Part shown: piece by piece, positions 55,038 through 64,000 of the stretch | Numbering within the stretch: position 1 is the stretch's first letter | How the letters are laid out: every line of letters begins with the position of its first letter | Source: an uncultured Candidatus Saccharibacteria bacterium | GTDB taxonomy: Bacteria; Patescibacteriota; Minisyncoccia; Phycocordibacterales; UBA12088 | DNA length: 64,000 bases | NCBI GenBank assembly: GCA_964409035.1 | Contig: CAYPBQ010000001.1 | Location: 111,638-175,637 of the forward strand | Reading direction: 5' to 3' | Notes under the pieces: model-generated | Told to the model about the DNA's origin: nothing | Seen by the model: only the letters and a program-made list of their open reading frames with translations | The model's database searches: none | Program-made: the position numbers and the translations under genes

Positions 55038-56211
55038 CTCGTTTATAGATTTCTTTCATTCGGAGGGCGGACTTTTCCCATGTCGCTGCTGATGCTTCTG
55101 CCTTACCGTGTCTAATCAACTCATGGGCAAGTGCTGGGTACTCGATCGCGCAAAGTATCTTGTTTGCTAGTTCATCAATATCCCAAAAATCAACCTTAAG
55201 TGCGTGAGTAAGTATCTCAGCAACACCAGATTGCTTTGATACGATAACTGGTGTGCCGTGCATAAGTGCCTCAAGCGGCACAATACCAAACGGCTCTGAG
55301 ACAGAGGGCATTACCACCACATCTGCTGTCTTATACATACTATCTCGCTCATCTCCCCATAATGGTCCAGCAAATAACACATTTCCTGAGAGACCTAGCG
55401 CTGCGGTCTCACGAATAATCTGTCGTTCCATATCACCGGAACCAGAGATAACAAATAATACGTATGGATTAATTTCAACCACCCGCTTTGCTGCTCTGAT
55501 AAAGTAATCTGGGCCCTTTTGTATAGTGATTCGTCCATGATAGAGCACAACACGGTATCCATGTTGTCGCAATACCGCAAGTGACGATTGAACATTTGAT
55601 GCACTTATTGCAACCCCATTGTACACTACAGATATTTTTGATTCTTCAATTAAAAACTTTTCTATAATCATCCGTTTTGTTCGCTCACTCACCGCCACAA
55701 TATGATCTGCTGAAAGAAAAGCCCCGCGCTCTATGTCATAAATCTCTTTATCTACATGATTACTTGCTGCTTGATCAAAAGATAGCGAATGCACATGTAA
55801 TACAAGTGGCTTTTTAGTTTTTCTCTGCACGGCTACCCCAGCCAAATAGCTCACCCAGTCATGAGCATGTATCACATCAAAGTCGATATCACTCACCTGC
55901 CCTTGTATCTGGTGTGCGTACACCTTTGATTCATCTATGAGCTTGTTCCACGAATGAGTGAGTGGGACATCTCCCTCATGTGGTAATGAAGAAATATAGG
56001 GACCATGCCACCCATCTTTTGAAAAAAAGTCGGGAACTGAACAAAATACAACAGGCATACTAGTATCAATTGATTGAGGCTTTGGAAGCACAAAGGTAAT
56101 ATCACATCCGTCAGCTATGAGTGCATCTGTAAGACCCTTGCACGCAACACCAAGACCGCCCATGGTTTGCGGAGGAAAATCCCAACCAATCATCAAAACC
56201 CTTTTGCTCAT
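55018..56211 (-). CDS. Glycosyltransferase (GT-B, glycogen/starch synthase-like)
   Basis: N-terminal VLMIGWDFPPQTMGGLGVACKGL (GlgA-like K-x-GGL). The C-terminal GT1-type nucleotide-binding region is ...PSVSEPFGIVPLEALMHGTPVIVS. Confidence 0.7.
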   Translation of the reverse strand: MSKRVLMIGWDFPPQTMGGLGVACKGLTDALIADGCDITFVLPKPQSIDTSMPVVFCSVPDFFSKDGWHGPYISSLPHEGDVPLTHSWNKLIDESKVYAHQIQGQVSDIDFDVIHAHDWVSYLAGVAVQRKTKKPLVLHVHSLSFDQAASNHVDKEIYDIERGAFLSADHIVAVSERTKRMIIEKFLIEESKISVVYNGVAISASNVQSSLAVLRQHGYRVVLYHGRITIQKGPDYFIRAAKRVVEINPYVLFVISGSGDMERQIIRETAALGLSGNVLFAGPLWGDERDSMYKTADVVVMPSVSEPFGIVPLEALMHGTPVIVSKQSGVAEILTHALKVDFWDIDELANKILCAIEYPALAHELIRHGKAEASAATWEKSALRMKEIYKRVGRNPM

Positions 56212-56428
56212 GCAATATGCTGTATTACAACATCTCTATTGTACCTCAATACAAAAGGGCGACATAGTCGCCTTTTTGTATATCTCTCTTTAAGTGAGCA
56301 ACTTATTTTTTGTTTTTTACTGACTTTTTTGGTTTTTTCTTTTCTTTGTTTGATCGTTGATCTGCCATATGTATACATCTACTGTTCAATGATAAACTCG
56401 ACCTAGTTACTGTAGTGTACCACCAAGA

Positions 56429-56989
56429 TTACTTCAAAATAAATACATCAATTGCATATCCAATGCCATACGCAATCGCTGCTGCTACCCCACCAACAAG
56501 TAACATCTCCATACCCGCATATAACCAGTGTAATCTCGTAAATAGCGCGCGACCACTCCCTACCACAAAGAGCGTAATTGCTGTTGCAATAGCAGAAACC
56601 TCAAATTGATAGTCAGATGATACACCAAATAAAAATGGCGTAAGTGGTAGTGTTCCTGCAATAACAAATGCGATAAAGGTAGCAGACCCGTCTCCTATAG
56701 GAGACCTACTCTGCACATCAGAATCTTTATCATGAACAGCTTGCTCTGATGAAAGCGCCAAGTACCTTGATGATCCCATTGAGAAGCCGTCCGCAATAAG
56801 ATTAGATACTCCCAGAATAATTATTACCGTTGCCCCCAAATCTGCCCCTGACGCTCCAGAGACTACTGCAAAGGTGGTGATAATTCCATCATTGGCACCG
56901 TAGACAATCTCACTCAAGTAATACTGAAATTTGTTGCGTATATATTCAATCATGCCAATTAGTGTTCCACGAGTCGTACATGTACGCAA
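56429..56989 (-). CDS. VIT1/CCC1 family (iron/manganese transporter-like) membrane protein
   Basis: YGANDGIITTFAVVSGASGA is the VIT signature, with 4-5 TM helices. The terminator aaagggcgac-ata-gtcgcccttt is at 56254-56280. Confidence 0.65.
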   Translation of the reverse strand: MRTCTTRGTLIGMIEYIRNKFQYYLSEIVYGANDGIITTFAVVSGASGADLGATVIIILGVSNLIADGFSMGSSRYLALSSEQAVHDKDSDVQSRSPIGDGSATFIAFVIAGTLPLTPFLFGVSSDYQFEVSAIATAITLFVVGSGRALFTRLHWLYAGMEMLLVGGVAAAIAYGIGYAIDVFILK

Positions 56990-56992
56990 TAC

Positions 56993-58270
56993 CTATAACT
57001 GCCCACTATCTAGTGGCTTACTACCACGCACTGTCTCCATAGAATGATCAGGGAAAAAAGCGTAAAAAGTACTTCCCTTATTTTCTTCAGACACAAACCA
57101 CGTCATACCGCCAAGCTCATCAAGTATTTTTTTAACGATATAAAGACCAAGTCCTGTACCATCAACATCTAAAGTTTTAATGTTGTGTGCTCTAAACATC
57201 TTTTCATATATACGTGATTGTTCTTGAAGTGGTATTCCATATCCGCTATCAGTAACAGAAAATAGCATGCCGCCAGTCTTAATTTCATGATCTCCGATGC
57301 AAACCTCGCCTTCATTTTTCTTTTCAAGTCGCACATCAATAACGCTCTCAGGGTAGGTGTATTTTATTGCGTTAGAAATAAAATTACCACACACAATCGA
57401 GAGTAGATTTTTATCTGCTATTATCCCACTCTTCAATTCATCATCAATATGTGTATTTACTGTTATATTTTTTGCTGTAAGTAGAGGCGCCACGCCTAGC
57501 ACCACCTCTTCAACAAGTGATGATGGCACAATTGAAACCGGCTCAATCGCAAATGTACCAAGCTCAAGACGCGAGGCATTAAGCAGTGCGTTTACAAGGG
57601 CAGTCATTTTTTGCGTACTGTCATACGCCTCAGCAAGATACTTTTTTTGTTGCTCAGTAATATTTCCCGCATCCCCCGATAGCAGCATTTCAATATACCA
57701 ATTCGCAGTTGATAGCGGGGTTCGCAGTTGGTGTGAAGCCACAGAGACAAATTCTGTTTTTGCAGTATCAATTTGCTTTTCCTTAGTAATATCTCTATCA
57801 ATGCTGACAAAAAATTCTACATTGCCGTCATCGTCATAAACAGGTGAGATGGTGGAGTGAGTAATATACCGCTCACCATTCTTTCTCTTGTTTTCTATTT
57901 CACCAATAAAGCTTCGCTTTTCCTTTATCAGCCGTTCAAACACACCTGCATAAAACTTGCTCGATGACTCAGTACCCCACAGCGACACGTCTCCTGCTCG
58001 CTTAGTTAACACCTCAACATTTGAAAATCCAGTTATTTCTTCTACCGCTCTATTTGCATAGGTAATAATACCTTCTGCGTCAGTGATGATGATGTGATCT
58101 GAGGCGCTTTCAACCGCCAGTTTAAACTTCTCAAGATCCTTAGCACTTTCAAGCGCTTTCTCTTTTTCCAACTCCACATCATGGAGCACATTTGTAAGTG
58201 CACTATATGAGGTAGCCAGATCTCTATATTGTTTTTCTAGGCTATCATCAGTATCCATGTAGTGGTGCAC
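56993..58270 (-). CDS. Sensor histidine kinase with PAS domain (orphan)
   Basis: PAS (ITDAEGIITYANRAVEEITGF), HisKA H-box (ASHQLRTPLSTANWYIEML) and HATPase_c G-boxes (VTDSGYGIP, GTGLGL). No response regulator is adjacent. Confidence 0.8.
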   Translation of the reverse strand: MHHYMDTDDSLEKQYRDLATSYSALTNVLHDVELEKEKALESAKDLEKFKLAVESASDHIIITDAEGIITYANRAVEEITGFSNVEVLTKRAGDVSLWGTESSSKFYAGVFERLIKEKRSFIGEIENKRKNGERYITHSTISPVYDDDGNVEFFVSIDRDITKEKQIDTAKTEFVSVASHQLRTPLSTANWYIEMLLSGDAGNITEQQKKYLAEAYDSTQKMTALVNALLNASRLELGTFAIEPVSIVPSSLVEEVVLGVAPLLTAKNITVNTHIDDELKSGIIADKNLLSIVCGNFISNAIKYTYPESVIDVRLEKKNEGEVCIGDHEIKTGGMLFSVTDSGYGIPLQEQSRIYEKMFRAHNIKTLDVDGTGLGLYIVKKILDELGGMTWFVSEENKGSTFYAFFPDHSMETVRGSKPLDSGQL

Positions 58271-58324
58271 AATAAGAGCACTGCAACAGTCGGAACATGT
58301 TTCCGACTGTGTGCGCTACTCTCA

Positions 58325-58795
58325 TTAACGAGTAACCTCTATTGTGTCATCTAACTCTGCCTTAGGAGCTATGACTCTTACACGATTACCAGAGGTAGTT
58401 GCGATTGTATATCCGGTACCGTTAGTAATTGTCGCGCCCTGAGGATCACTTGGTAGCAGTGTAAGGTATGTCTCACCATCAGTGAGTGCGCCTAAAAACA
58501 CTAGCCCACCAGATGCGCAGGTAGTAGATGCTACTCCCGTCGCGCATATTTCAACAGGAGAACCATTTGATACAAATGGCATCTGCCCATTTTCGTCAAT
58601 TGCATATTGATACACCGCATTAAGGATTGTGTTTACATCAGCCTTTCTTTGGGCGTTGCGAGTTTCTGCAAGCTGCTTAGAAGGATTGATTGCCACAATT
58701 ACAATTGATGCAAGTATACCAATCGCTGCCACCACAAGAAGAATTTCAAGTAGGGTGAATCCTCGATTTGTTATACGAGTATGTGCTGATTGCAT
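58325..58795 (-). CDS. Type IV pilin (prepilin with class III signal peptide), paralog 1
   Basis: NRGFTLLEILLVVAAIGILASIVIVAINPSKQLAETRNAQRKADVNTIL has a G/FTLLE cleavage-methylation motif. It is about 85% identical to the next gene over the N-terminal 70 aa. Confidence 0.8.
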   Translation of the reverse strand: MQSAHTRITNRGFTLLEILLVVAAIGILASIVIVAINPSKQLAETRNAQRKADVNTILNAVYQYAIDENGQMPFVSNGSPVEICATGVASTTCASGGLVFLGALTDGETYLTLLPSDPQGATITNGTGYTIATTSGNRVRVIAPKAELDDTIEVTR

Positions 58796-58827
58796 AGTGC
58801 TACAAAGTTATACGCTCTCAATAAGGT

Positions 58828-59286
58828 CTATCGTCGTGCTTCGATCGTTTGACCTTGCTCTGCCTTTGGCGCATGTACCACTACGCGACCACTTGAAGTA
58901 GTTGCAATAGAATATCCTGCTCCGTTAGTCAACACAGCTCCCTGTGGATCAAGAGGAACTGAAATGAGGTATGTCTCTGCATCAGTAAGCGTGCTTAGGT
59001 CAACCAAACCTGAACATGATGGTGCTCCAGTTGCGCATACTTCTGTGAGTGTTCCAGTCGATGTGAAAGGAAGTCTACCCTCATTATCAATCGCATACTG
59101 ATACACCGCAGACAAGATGGTGTTAACGTCAGCGCGACGTTGCGCGTTGCGAGTTTCCGCAAGTTGCTTAGATGGATTAATAGCGACAATAACTATCGAT
59201 GCAAGAATTCCGATTGCTGCCACCACGAGAAGAATTTCAAGTAGGGTGAATCCGCGATTCTGCGTGCTTCGTGAAGAATTATTCAT
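58828..59286 (-). CDS. Type IV pilin (prepilin), paralog 2
   Basis: NRGFTLLEILLVVAAIGILASIVIVAINPSKQLAETRNAQRRADVNTIL. A tandem duplicate of the previous gene. Confidence 0.8.
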   Translation of the reverse strand: MNNSSRSTQNRGFTLLEILLVVAAIGILASIVIVAINPSKQLAETRNAQRRADVNTILSAVYQYAIDNEGRLPFTSTGTLTEVCATGAPSCSGLVDLSTLTDAETYLISVPLDPQGAVLTNGAGYSIATTSSGRVVVHAPKAEQGQTIEARR

Positions 59287-59385
59287 GCTGAATATTTTTC
59301 TAATAATTTCTAATAACTGGCTAATTATAGCGCCTTGTTAGTTAAGACGCTAAATAAACTGTGGATTACTCTAACTATCAACAAC

Positions 59386-59766
59386 CTATCTAAGATACTC
59401 TACAGTAATTGGATTGGTAGAAATAAGCTTCAACTCAGCCGTTTTTGCAATATCAGACATGGTACTTGTGGCAAGTAAATATGTGGCATCATCGGTAACC
59501 AACACCGTCATTACACAATTACCGCCGCCAAATGCAAGAGTTTCCTGTCCGTAATAGCTAGCATTCTCACTAATCTTGTATAATCCCATTTCAATACATG
59601 CATCTATAAGTTGTATTGCTTGAGCTTCATGATACGTATGTAAACTCTGTTTTTCTGTATCTATACCAAGTAGCACAATAGGAAGCGCGATTGACATACC
59701 AATAGCACCAGCAATCATAGTAGCGAACAGAGTGATATAGCCTTCTTGATTAGTGTGCATAAGCAT
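59386..59766 (-). CDS. Minor pilin/pseudopilin-like protein
   Basis: 126 aa. The N-terminal hydrophobic helix (ITLFATMIAGAIGMSIALPIVLLG) is preceded by a short leader. Its operon position is consistent with a minor pilin. Confidence 0.45.
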   Translation of the reverse strand: MLMHTNQEGYITLFATMIAGAIGMSIALPIVLLGIDTEKQSLHTYHEAQAIQLIDACIEMGLYKISENASYYGQETLAFGGGNCVMTVLVTDDATYLLATSTMSDIAKTAELKLISTNPITVEYLR

Positions 59767-59768
59767 AG

Positions 59769-60266
59769 TTATTGTCCCACCGCTGCAGCGCTCCTTATTG
59801 TATAAAGATAATTATTCGCACTACCCGACAATGTCATACCTCTAATAAATGAAGTGCTCACATCAACCACACCCGGTGATGAAGACGTGCCAACGTGAAG
59901 TACGGTAAAACTGCTAACTAATGTTTCAGGAGAAGTGATACGCTCAGGCGCTATTGTATCCTCACTCCTCCACACACCTGAAGAAACAAATTCATACGCA
60001 ACGATAGTACCGTCTTCTCGCTCAAGCAAAAGTGAGGTGCTAGTACTAAATAGTGTAGGATAAAGTACCCGCTTAGCTACTCGGATATCATACGTGAGTA
60101 ATCGCTGTACCCTGTCTGCATCCTGAAATAGTTGCGAAGTTTCTTGATGCCGAAATTCGGCCCTAAGCATACTATATATATACGAAGATACCGCACCAAG
60201 TACCACGGTCATGATGGCAAGATAGAGCATGGTCTCTACCAGAGTGAATCCTTTTTGACTATTCAT
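59769..60266 (-). CDS. Prepilin-type N-terminal cleavage/methylation domain protein (minor pilin)
   Basis: MNSQKGFTLVETMLYLAIMTVVLGAV. Confidence 0.6.
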   Translation of the reverse strand: MNSQKGFTLVETMLYLAIMTVVLGAVSSYIYSMLRAEFRHQETSQLFQDADRVQRLLTYDIRVAKRVLYPTLFSTSTSLLLEREDGTIVAYEFVSSGVWRSEDTIAPERITSPETLVSSFTVLHVGTSSSPGVVDVSTSFIRGMTLSGSANNYLYTIRSAAAVGQ

Positions 60267-63051
60267 AAAAAATACTTACTGATTCTACTTCTGGCGTACT
60301 AGATGCAATCTCTGTCGCAAGCCTAAGGCGGTACTGTAGTAATGGATATGGATTTATAGCGCGCATCTCTTTAGAGGGTAACTCAAGATCATCCCCTTCT
60401 ACATAAGGACCGTACCAAGAGCTTGTAGTAAGTGGACTATGTGAATAGGCATATCTAATCATAAGCGACACAGAGGTTGATGCAATATTCATATTTTCCA
60501 AGGCAACATTTCTAATGGTGACTTCCTGTTTGTTTGTGTGATACCACCGCGAAGTAAACCAACCCTCTTGCGCGTACAATCGTTCCAATTCCTTAGGTGA
60601 AAGAATTAGCAATTCGGCATTATTATTTTCGCATGCCACATACACAAATGACTCATGTGCAGTAACACCGTTGCAATCCCCCGCATTGTTATATGTTGAA
60701 ACCATTGTTGGATTAGTTGAAGACGCTACATCAAGCGCAGCAAAACCACTTGCATTGTTGTTTGTTGCCACAAACACTGTAGGAAACACAACACCTATCC
60801 CCGTTACATCTTCTCCGATATTGTATGTCCCCTTGTATTGGGGCGTAGAAAGAGTTGATATGTCTATTATATGCATGTCACCTTCTGATGATGCGTGATT
60901 AGTACCAACGTATGCGGTAGTACCTGTAACAGCGACAGAAGTTGCTGACAGTGTTCCGGGTATATCAACTAAAGCCCTTACGGCTGGCAAGGCTTTATTA
61001 GAAGCATCAAGAATGACAAGCTCACTGCTATTATTGTCGGTTGCCAAAAAAAGAGTATCTCCTTGTGTGTCTATACCTAACACATCTTCATTTACCTCAT
61101 ACCCGCCAATTTGTGTAAATGTTACCGAGGATTGATTAGTGGTATTAGGAACTAAAACATGCACCTCGTAATTGAGCCCAGAAGAGGTGTTCTGTGTGGT
61201 GCCTACAAACAATGTATTACCGATACTCATAATTGCCCGCGCGTCTGAACCAGAATCTAGGTTGTAGTAACCAACTTTAACAATATTTGTTGGGTCCTTT
61301 ACATATAACACCATTACTTCTTCAGAGTTGTGTGATGTCGCAATGTACGCAAAGTCCCCCACCACCGCAACATCAAAAGCACTCGCAGAGAGATTGAGTC
61401 CATCTAAAAATACTGGCCTCTTTGGATCACTCACCTCATACACCGCGATATCCATACTTGCTCCTGCGTCTGTTCTGGTAACGTAAGCAAGTGATTCAAC
61501 AAGTTCTACGTGTACTGCGTTATCCGCACCAGCTACATCTTCCTTGGCAACCATTACTGGCTCTGTCCATCCCCCTCTACCAGCAGAAATAATATTAAGT
61601 ACTCCCTGAGCGCCACCTGTTACCAAGAAACGCCCTGTTTTTATCATTGCATATGGACTGTATGCACCCGTAACATCTATGGTAGTAGTAGAAAAATCCT
61701 CCAAGGATACCACTCTAACCTCTGCGCCGTATGAAGATTCTTGAGCGATAAAAAGCCGCGCATAAAGTGAATCATAAGAAAGTGAAGCTACGTTTGATGT
61801 GCCGTAATCAGTATTAAATAATTCTTCTACTCCACTTGATGTGGTTATCGGGCTTTCAAATGATAGACCTACCACCCTATTGGTATCCATTCCTATGAAT
61901 ACAAGGTTATCCTTAACCGTAACAGATGTAGCGTTAGGATTATTTGCATCACTTGGATTATATGTACGCACCACACTACACACACCTTGAGGGCAATCAG
62001 TATAATCAACAATCCACAGCTCATCTACATTATCTGTGGCAAGGTACGCATACCTATGAGTAAGCGCAATCGCACGAACCGCATCACCAACCTCAACAGA
62101 TCCAATCAGCTCACCTTCTTCAGAAAAAATAAAAAATTCGCTCTCTGTCTGTGCTGGTTTTCCCACAGCCACATATCCATTGTAGGACGCAATAGCAATT
62201 GATCCCGCTGCTCCTGGCACATCAATAGGAGTAGTACTTGCAGTCATGCGGTCAAATAGCAGCAAATCAGCATTTTGTGTATTAGTAGCGATAAATACCG
62301 TACTTGTTGCTACCGCAATAGCACGGATACTATGCCCAATATCATAACTCTTAGTAGGAGTGACTATACCCTCTGATATAGCAGCAATGTCTAGCACTGC
62401 AAGCTCAGAAGATGTCACGCTCTCATCTCGTCCCACATACATCTCTGTAGCATCCGAGGCTATTGATCGAATTGATGCACCGCCTGGTAAATCATTCACA
62501 TTATACGTAAAGCCGGTTTTCCAGTCCCCCTCCTTTTCAAGTATGATACTATCTCGTAACTCATCTATATATACTGAGTGTGATTTTCCTGATGAAAACT
62601 CAGCAAATGTGGTATCGATAAATGCCAGCACTCCAGACTGGACCCAATTATAAAAGTATGTGACTAACGAAATCATTCTTGTCACGTACCCTCGCTCTTG
62701 CCATGAGACTGTCGCTGTAACTTCTTTTGTGTGTGCATCAATTGATTCTATCGCCACCACTCGAGTAAGATTGCCATGCACATCTGGGGGGCTATGAAGA
62801 TTGTACCCATCAGCGGATACATCAACTCCATACATACCATCTACAAGGTGAGCAAAATCTGCCTCACGTATATCACGCACCACTTCGATTGCTTGTGTTG
62901 CAAGTGCGGTAGCTGAAAGTCTGTTTAGTGCATCTGATGTGCTTTCCTCAGAGTACAACAGCACCCCTGCAAATATCGTACTGTAAATAGCAAGGAGTGC
63001 TCCACTGAGAAGAACTTCTATTATTGAAAACCCTCTTTCCGTGACTCTCAT
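60259..63051 (-). CDS. Large (930 aa) prepilin-type N-terminal domain protein (putative pilus tip/adhesin-like minor pilin)
   Basis: The N-terminus MRVTERGFSIIEVLLSGALLAIYSTIF is a class III signal peptide. It is followed by about 880 aa with many S/T/G/V-rich beta-strand repeats. Confidence 0.6.
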   Translation of the reverse strand: MRVTERGFSIIEVLLSGALLAIYSTIFAGVLLYSEESTSDALNRLSATALATQAIEVVRDIREADFAHLVDGMYGVDVSADGYNLHSPPDVHGNLTRVVAIESIDAHTKEVTATVSWQERGYVTRMISLVTYFYNWVQSGVLAFIDTTFAEFSSGKSHSVYIDELRDSIILEKEGDWKTGFTYNVNDLPGGASIRSIASDATEMYVGRDESVTSSELAVLDIAAISEGIVTPTKSYDIGHSIRAIAVATSTVFIATNTQNADLLLFDRMTASTTPIDVPGAAGSIAIASYNGYVAVGKPAQTESEFFIFSEEGELIGSVEVGDAVRAIALTHRYAYLATDNVDELWIVDYTDCPQGVCSVVRTYNPSDANNPNATSVTVKDNLVFIGMDTNRVVGLSFESPITTSSGVEELFNTDYGTSNVASLSYDSLYARLFIAQESSYGAEVRVVSLEDFSTTTIDVTGAYSPYAMIKTGRFLVTGGAQGVLNIISAGRGGWTEPVMVAKEDVAGADNAVHVELVESLAYVTRTDAGASMDIAVYEVSDPKRPVFLDGLNLSASAFDVAVVGDFAYIATSHNSEEVMVLYVKDPTNIVKVGYYNLDSGSDARAIMSIGNTLFVGTTQNTSSGLNYEVHVLVPNTTNQSSVTFTQIGGYEVNEDVLGIDTQGDTLFLATDNNSSELVILDASNKALPAVRALVDIPGTLSATSVAVTGTTAYVGTNHASSEGDMHIIDISTLSTPQYKGTYNIGEDVTGIGVVFPTVFVATNNNASGFAALDVASSTNPTMVSTYNNAGDCNGVTAHESFVYVACENNNAELLILSPKELERLYAQEGWFTSRWYHTNKQEVTIRNVALENMNIASTSVSLMIRYAYSHSPLTTSSWYGPYVEGDDLELPSKEMRAINPYPLLQYRLRLATEIASSTPEVESVSIFYE

Positions 63052-63052
63052 A

Positions 63053-63499
63053 TTAATTATGCGCCTCTGTCACCCCATAACGGTTTATTGAAATAGTCCG
63101 CGAAATAAGCGATGGAGAGACTAACGTGATGGTGGAAGGTGTAAGGGTAAATATATTTTCTGATGAAAATCGCACATCTCGCATACCCGATACTCCATAC
63201 GATGTACCAAATGTGATTATTTCATCGGCGTGAGGAGTCCTCTGTGTATACGAAGAGCCAGCGTATAATGTGGTACTTGTAGCGGTAACATACACTCCCC
63301 AGGCGCCTTGTTGCTTGTCCGAATACGCATAGGCGCTCGCGCGAGAAATCTGTTCGCGTATCGCTCCTTCAGCAACTGACATATCAACTCTCTCAAGGTA
63401 CGAAAGGTACACCGGAGCAATGATAGCAGCAACACAAGCAACTATACTCACCGAGAGTAAGAATTCTAGTAATGTAAATCCTTTCTGTAATGCGTGCAT
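63053..63499 (-). CDS. Prepilin-type minor pilin
   Basis: MHALQKGFTLLEFLLSVSIVACVAAIIAPVYL. Confidence 0.65.
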   Translation of the reverse strand: MHALQKGFTLLEFLLSVSIVACVAAIIAPVYLSYLERVDMSVAEGAIREQISRASAYAYSDKQQGAWGVYVTATSTTLYAGSSYTQRTPHADEIITFGTSYGVSGMRDVRFSSENIFTLTPSTITLVSPSLISRTISINRYGVTEAHN

Positions 63500-63511
63500 A
63501 TATGAGTGAGT

Positions 63512-64000
63512 TTATATCTCTGCCGCCCCGGTACTTGATTCACGCACATCACTCCTTTTTATCCATCCCTCGACTCCAGGTTTAACTATCACTCGTACCC
63601 ATGTAGACGTTACCTCAACCACATCATAACCAACACTATTACTTGCTTGTTGTAGTACTACTGCCTGTTCATCTGCCGCAGTATATATTGGAACCTCATC
63701 AAATTTGGTAAATGCAACTTCACCAATTGGATTACCCTCTGTTACTGGCGCGTTAGTGCTAGATCCCATATTAAGCCCGCTAGTAAGATTGTATACAGGT
63801 AATATGACCGCAAACGCCACCGCAACTACTCCTGCCCATATAATAATAAGTAGTATCGGCTCAATAATGACTGAGAGATTTTTTGTGGCAATATCGGTAC
63901 GCTCTTCATATACTTTTCCTATATGCATAAAGGTATCAGAGAGTGTTCCTGAGTTTTCTCCCGCAATGATGAGCTGTCCAACACTTGTAGGAATCAATCG
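63512..64000 (-). CDS. pilC: Type IV pilus assembly protein PilC / T2SS protein F family, C-terminal part fused to SH3b-like domain (partial; N-terminus beyond window end)
   Basis: IPTSVGQLIIAGENSGTLSDTFMHIGKVYEERTDIATKNLSVIIEPILLIIIWAGVVAVAFAVILPVYNL is the conserved C-terminal T2SSF repeat. The frame stays open to position 64000, so the TTG the track takes as the start is internal. The C-terminal ~70 aa (VGYDVVEVTSTWVRVIVKPGVEGWIKRSDV) look SH3b-like. Confidence 0.7.
   Translation of the reverse strand, partial: RLIPTSVGQLIIAGENSGTLSDTFMHIGKVYEERTDIATKNLSVIIEPILLIIIWAGVVAVAFAVILPVYNLTSGLNMGSSTNAPVTEGNPIGEVAFTKFDEVPIYTAADEQAVVLQQASNSVGYDVVEVTSTWVRVIVKPGVEGWIKRSDVRESSTGAAEI

Noticed and set aside
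1-64000. CRISPR arrays, integrases, transposases and toxin-antitoxin pairs
   Set aside because: I scanned for regularly spaced short direct repeats and for tyrosine/serine recombinase or DDE motifs and found none. The repeats present are irregularly spaced tRNA/tmRNA-end copies.

Overview
The window reads as a gene-dense, small-genome bacterial chromosome, about 43% GC, with short intergenic regions and many small or fused proteins. A Patescibacteria/CPR origin fits the content but is inference only.

Housekeeping genes (coordinates and strands are in the feature list):
- valS, followed by a PrsW-like protease and an Hsp20 small heat-shock protein.
- lepA and murJ.
- groES and groEL, then secG.
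- A family-5 ABC substrate-binding protein and RNase J.
- Two HhH-GPD DNA glycosylases.
- Class I fructose-bisphosphate aldolase.
- An acyl-CoA ligase fused to an acyl-carrier-protein (ACP) domain and an acyltransferase (Aas-like), with acpS beside it.
- smpB, htpX and lemA.
- A glycoside-hydrolase/glycosyltransferase (GH15-GH57-GT) alpha-glucan cluster.
- A type IV pilus / pseudopilin operon ending in a partial pilC.

RNA genes found by eye:
- tRNA-Phe(GAA), tRNA-Arg(CCT) and tRNA-Ser(GGA).
- RNase P RNA on the minus strand (about 16165-16590), which the ORF track covers with spurious ORFs.
- tmRNA (41837-42218) immediately after smpB.
- A possible small RNA with its own intrinsic terminator at 11609-11838.

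Most interesting region:
- The 3' end of the tmRNA gene is followed by a tandem array of degenerate copies of its last ~18 nt.
- Each copy is bracketed by a recurring ~175-nt structured module, with compensatory base changes between module copies.
- The third and largest 'islet' (about 42.6-46.8 kb) carries a GNAT acetyltransferase and a C39-like cysteine peptidase.
- It also carries an arginase-family enzyme and a ThiF/E1-like adenylating enzyme.
- Both of these enzymes have a PqqD-like RiPP recognition element at the N-terminus.
- The locus also holds a 57-bp tandem duplication of the E1 gene 5' end.
- A divergently transcribed small ORF with an Arg-rich C-terminus is followed by a strong terminator.
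- Together this looks like an undescribed RiPP-type peptide-modification cluster, with a peptide arginase plus MccB-like E1, on an integrase-less tmRNA-associated islet.
- A second tRNA-associated accessory island (tRNA-Ser, 18.0-22.2 kb) carries VOC, DUF1801, SRPBCC and MerR-TipAS genes.

No CRISPR array, integrase or transposase was seen.
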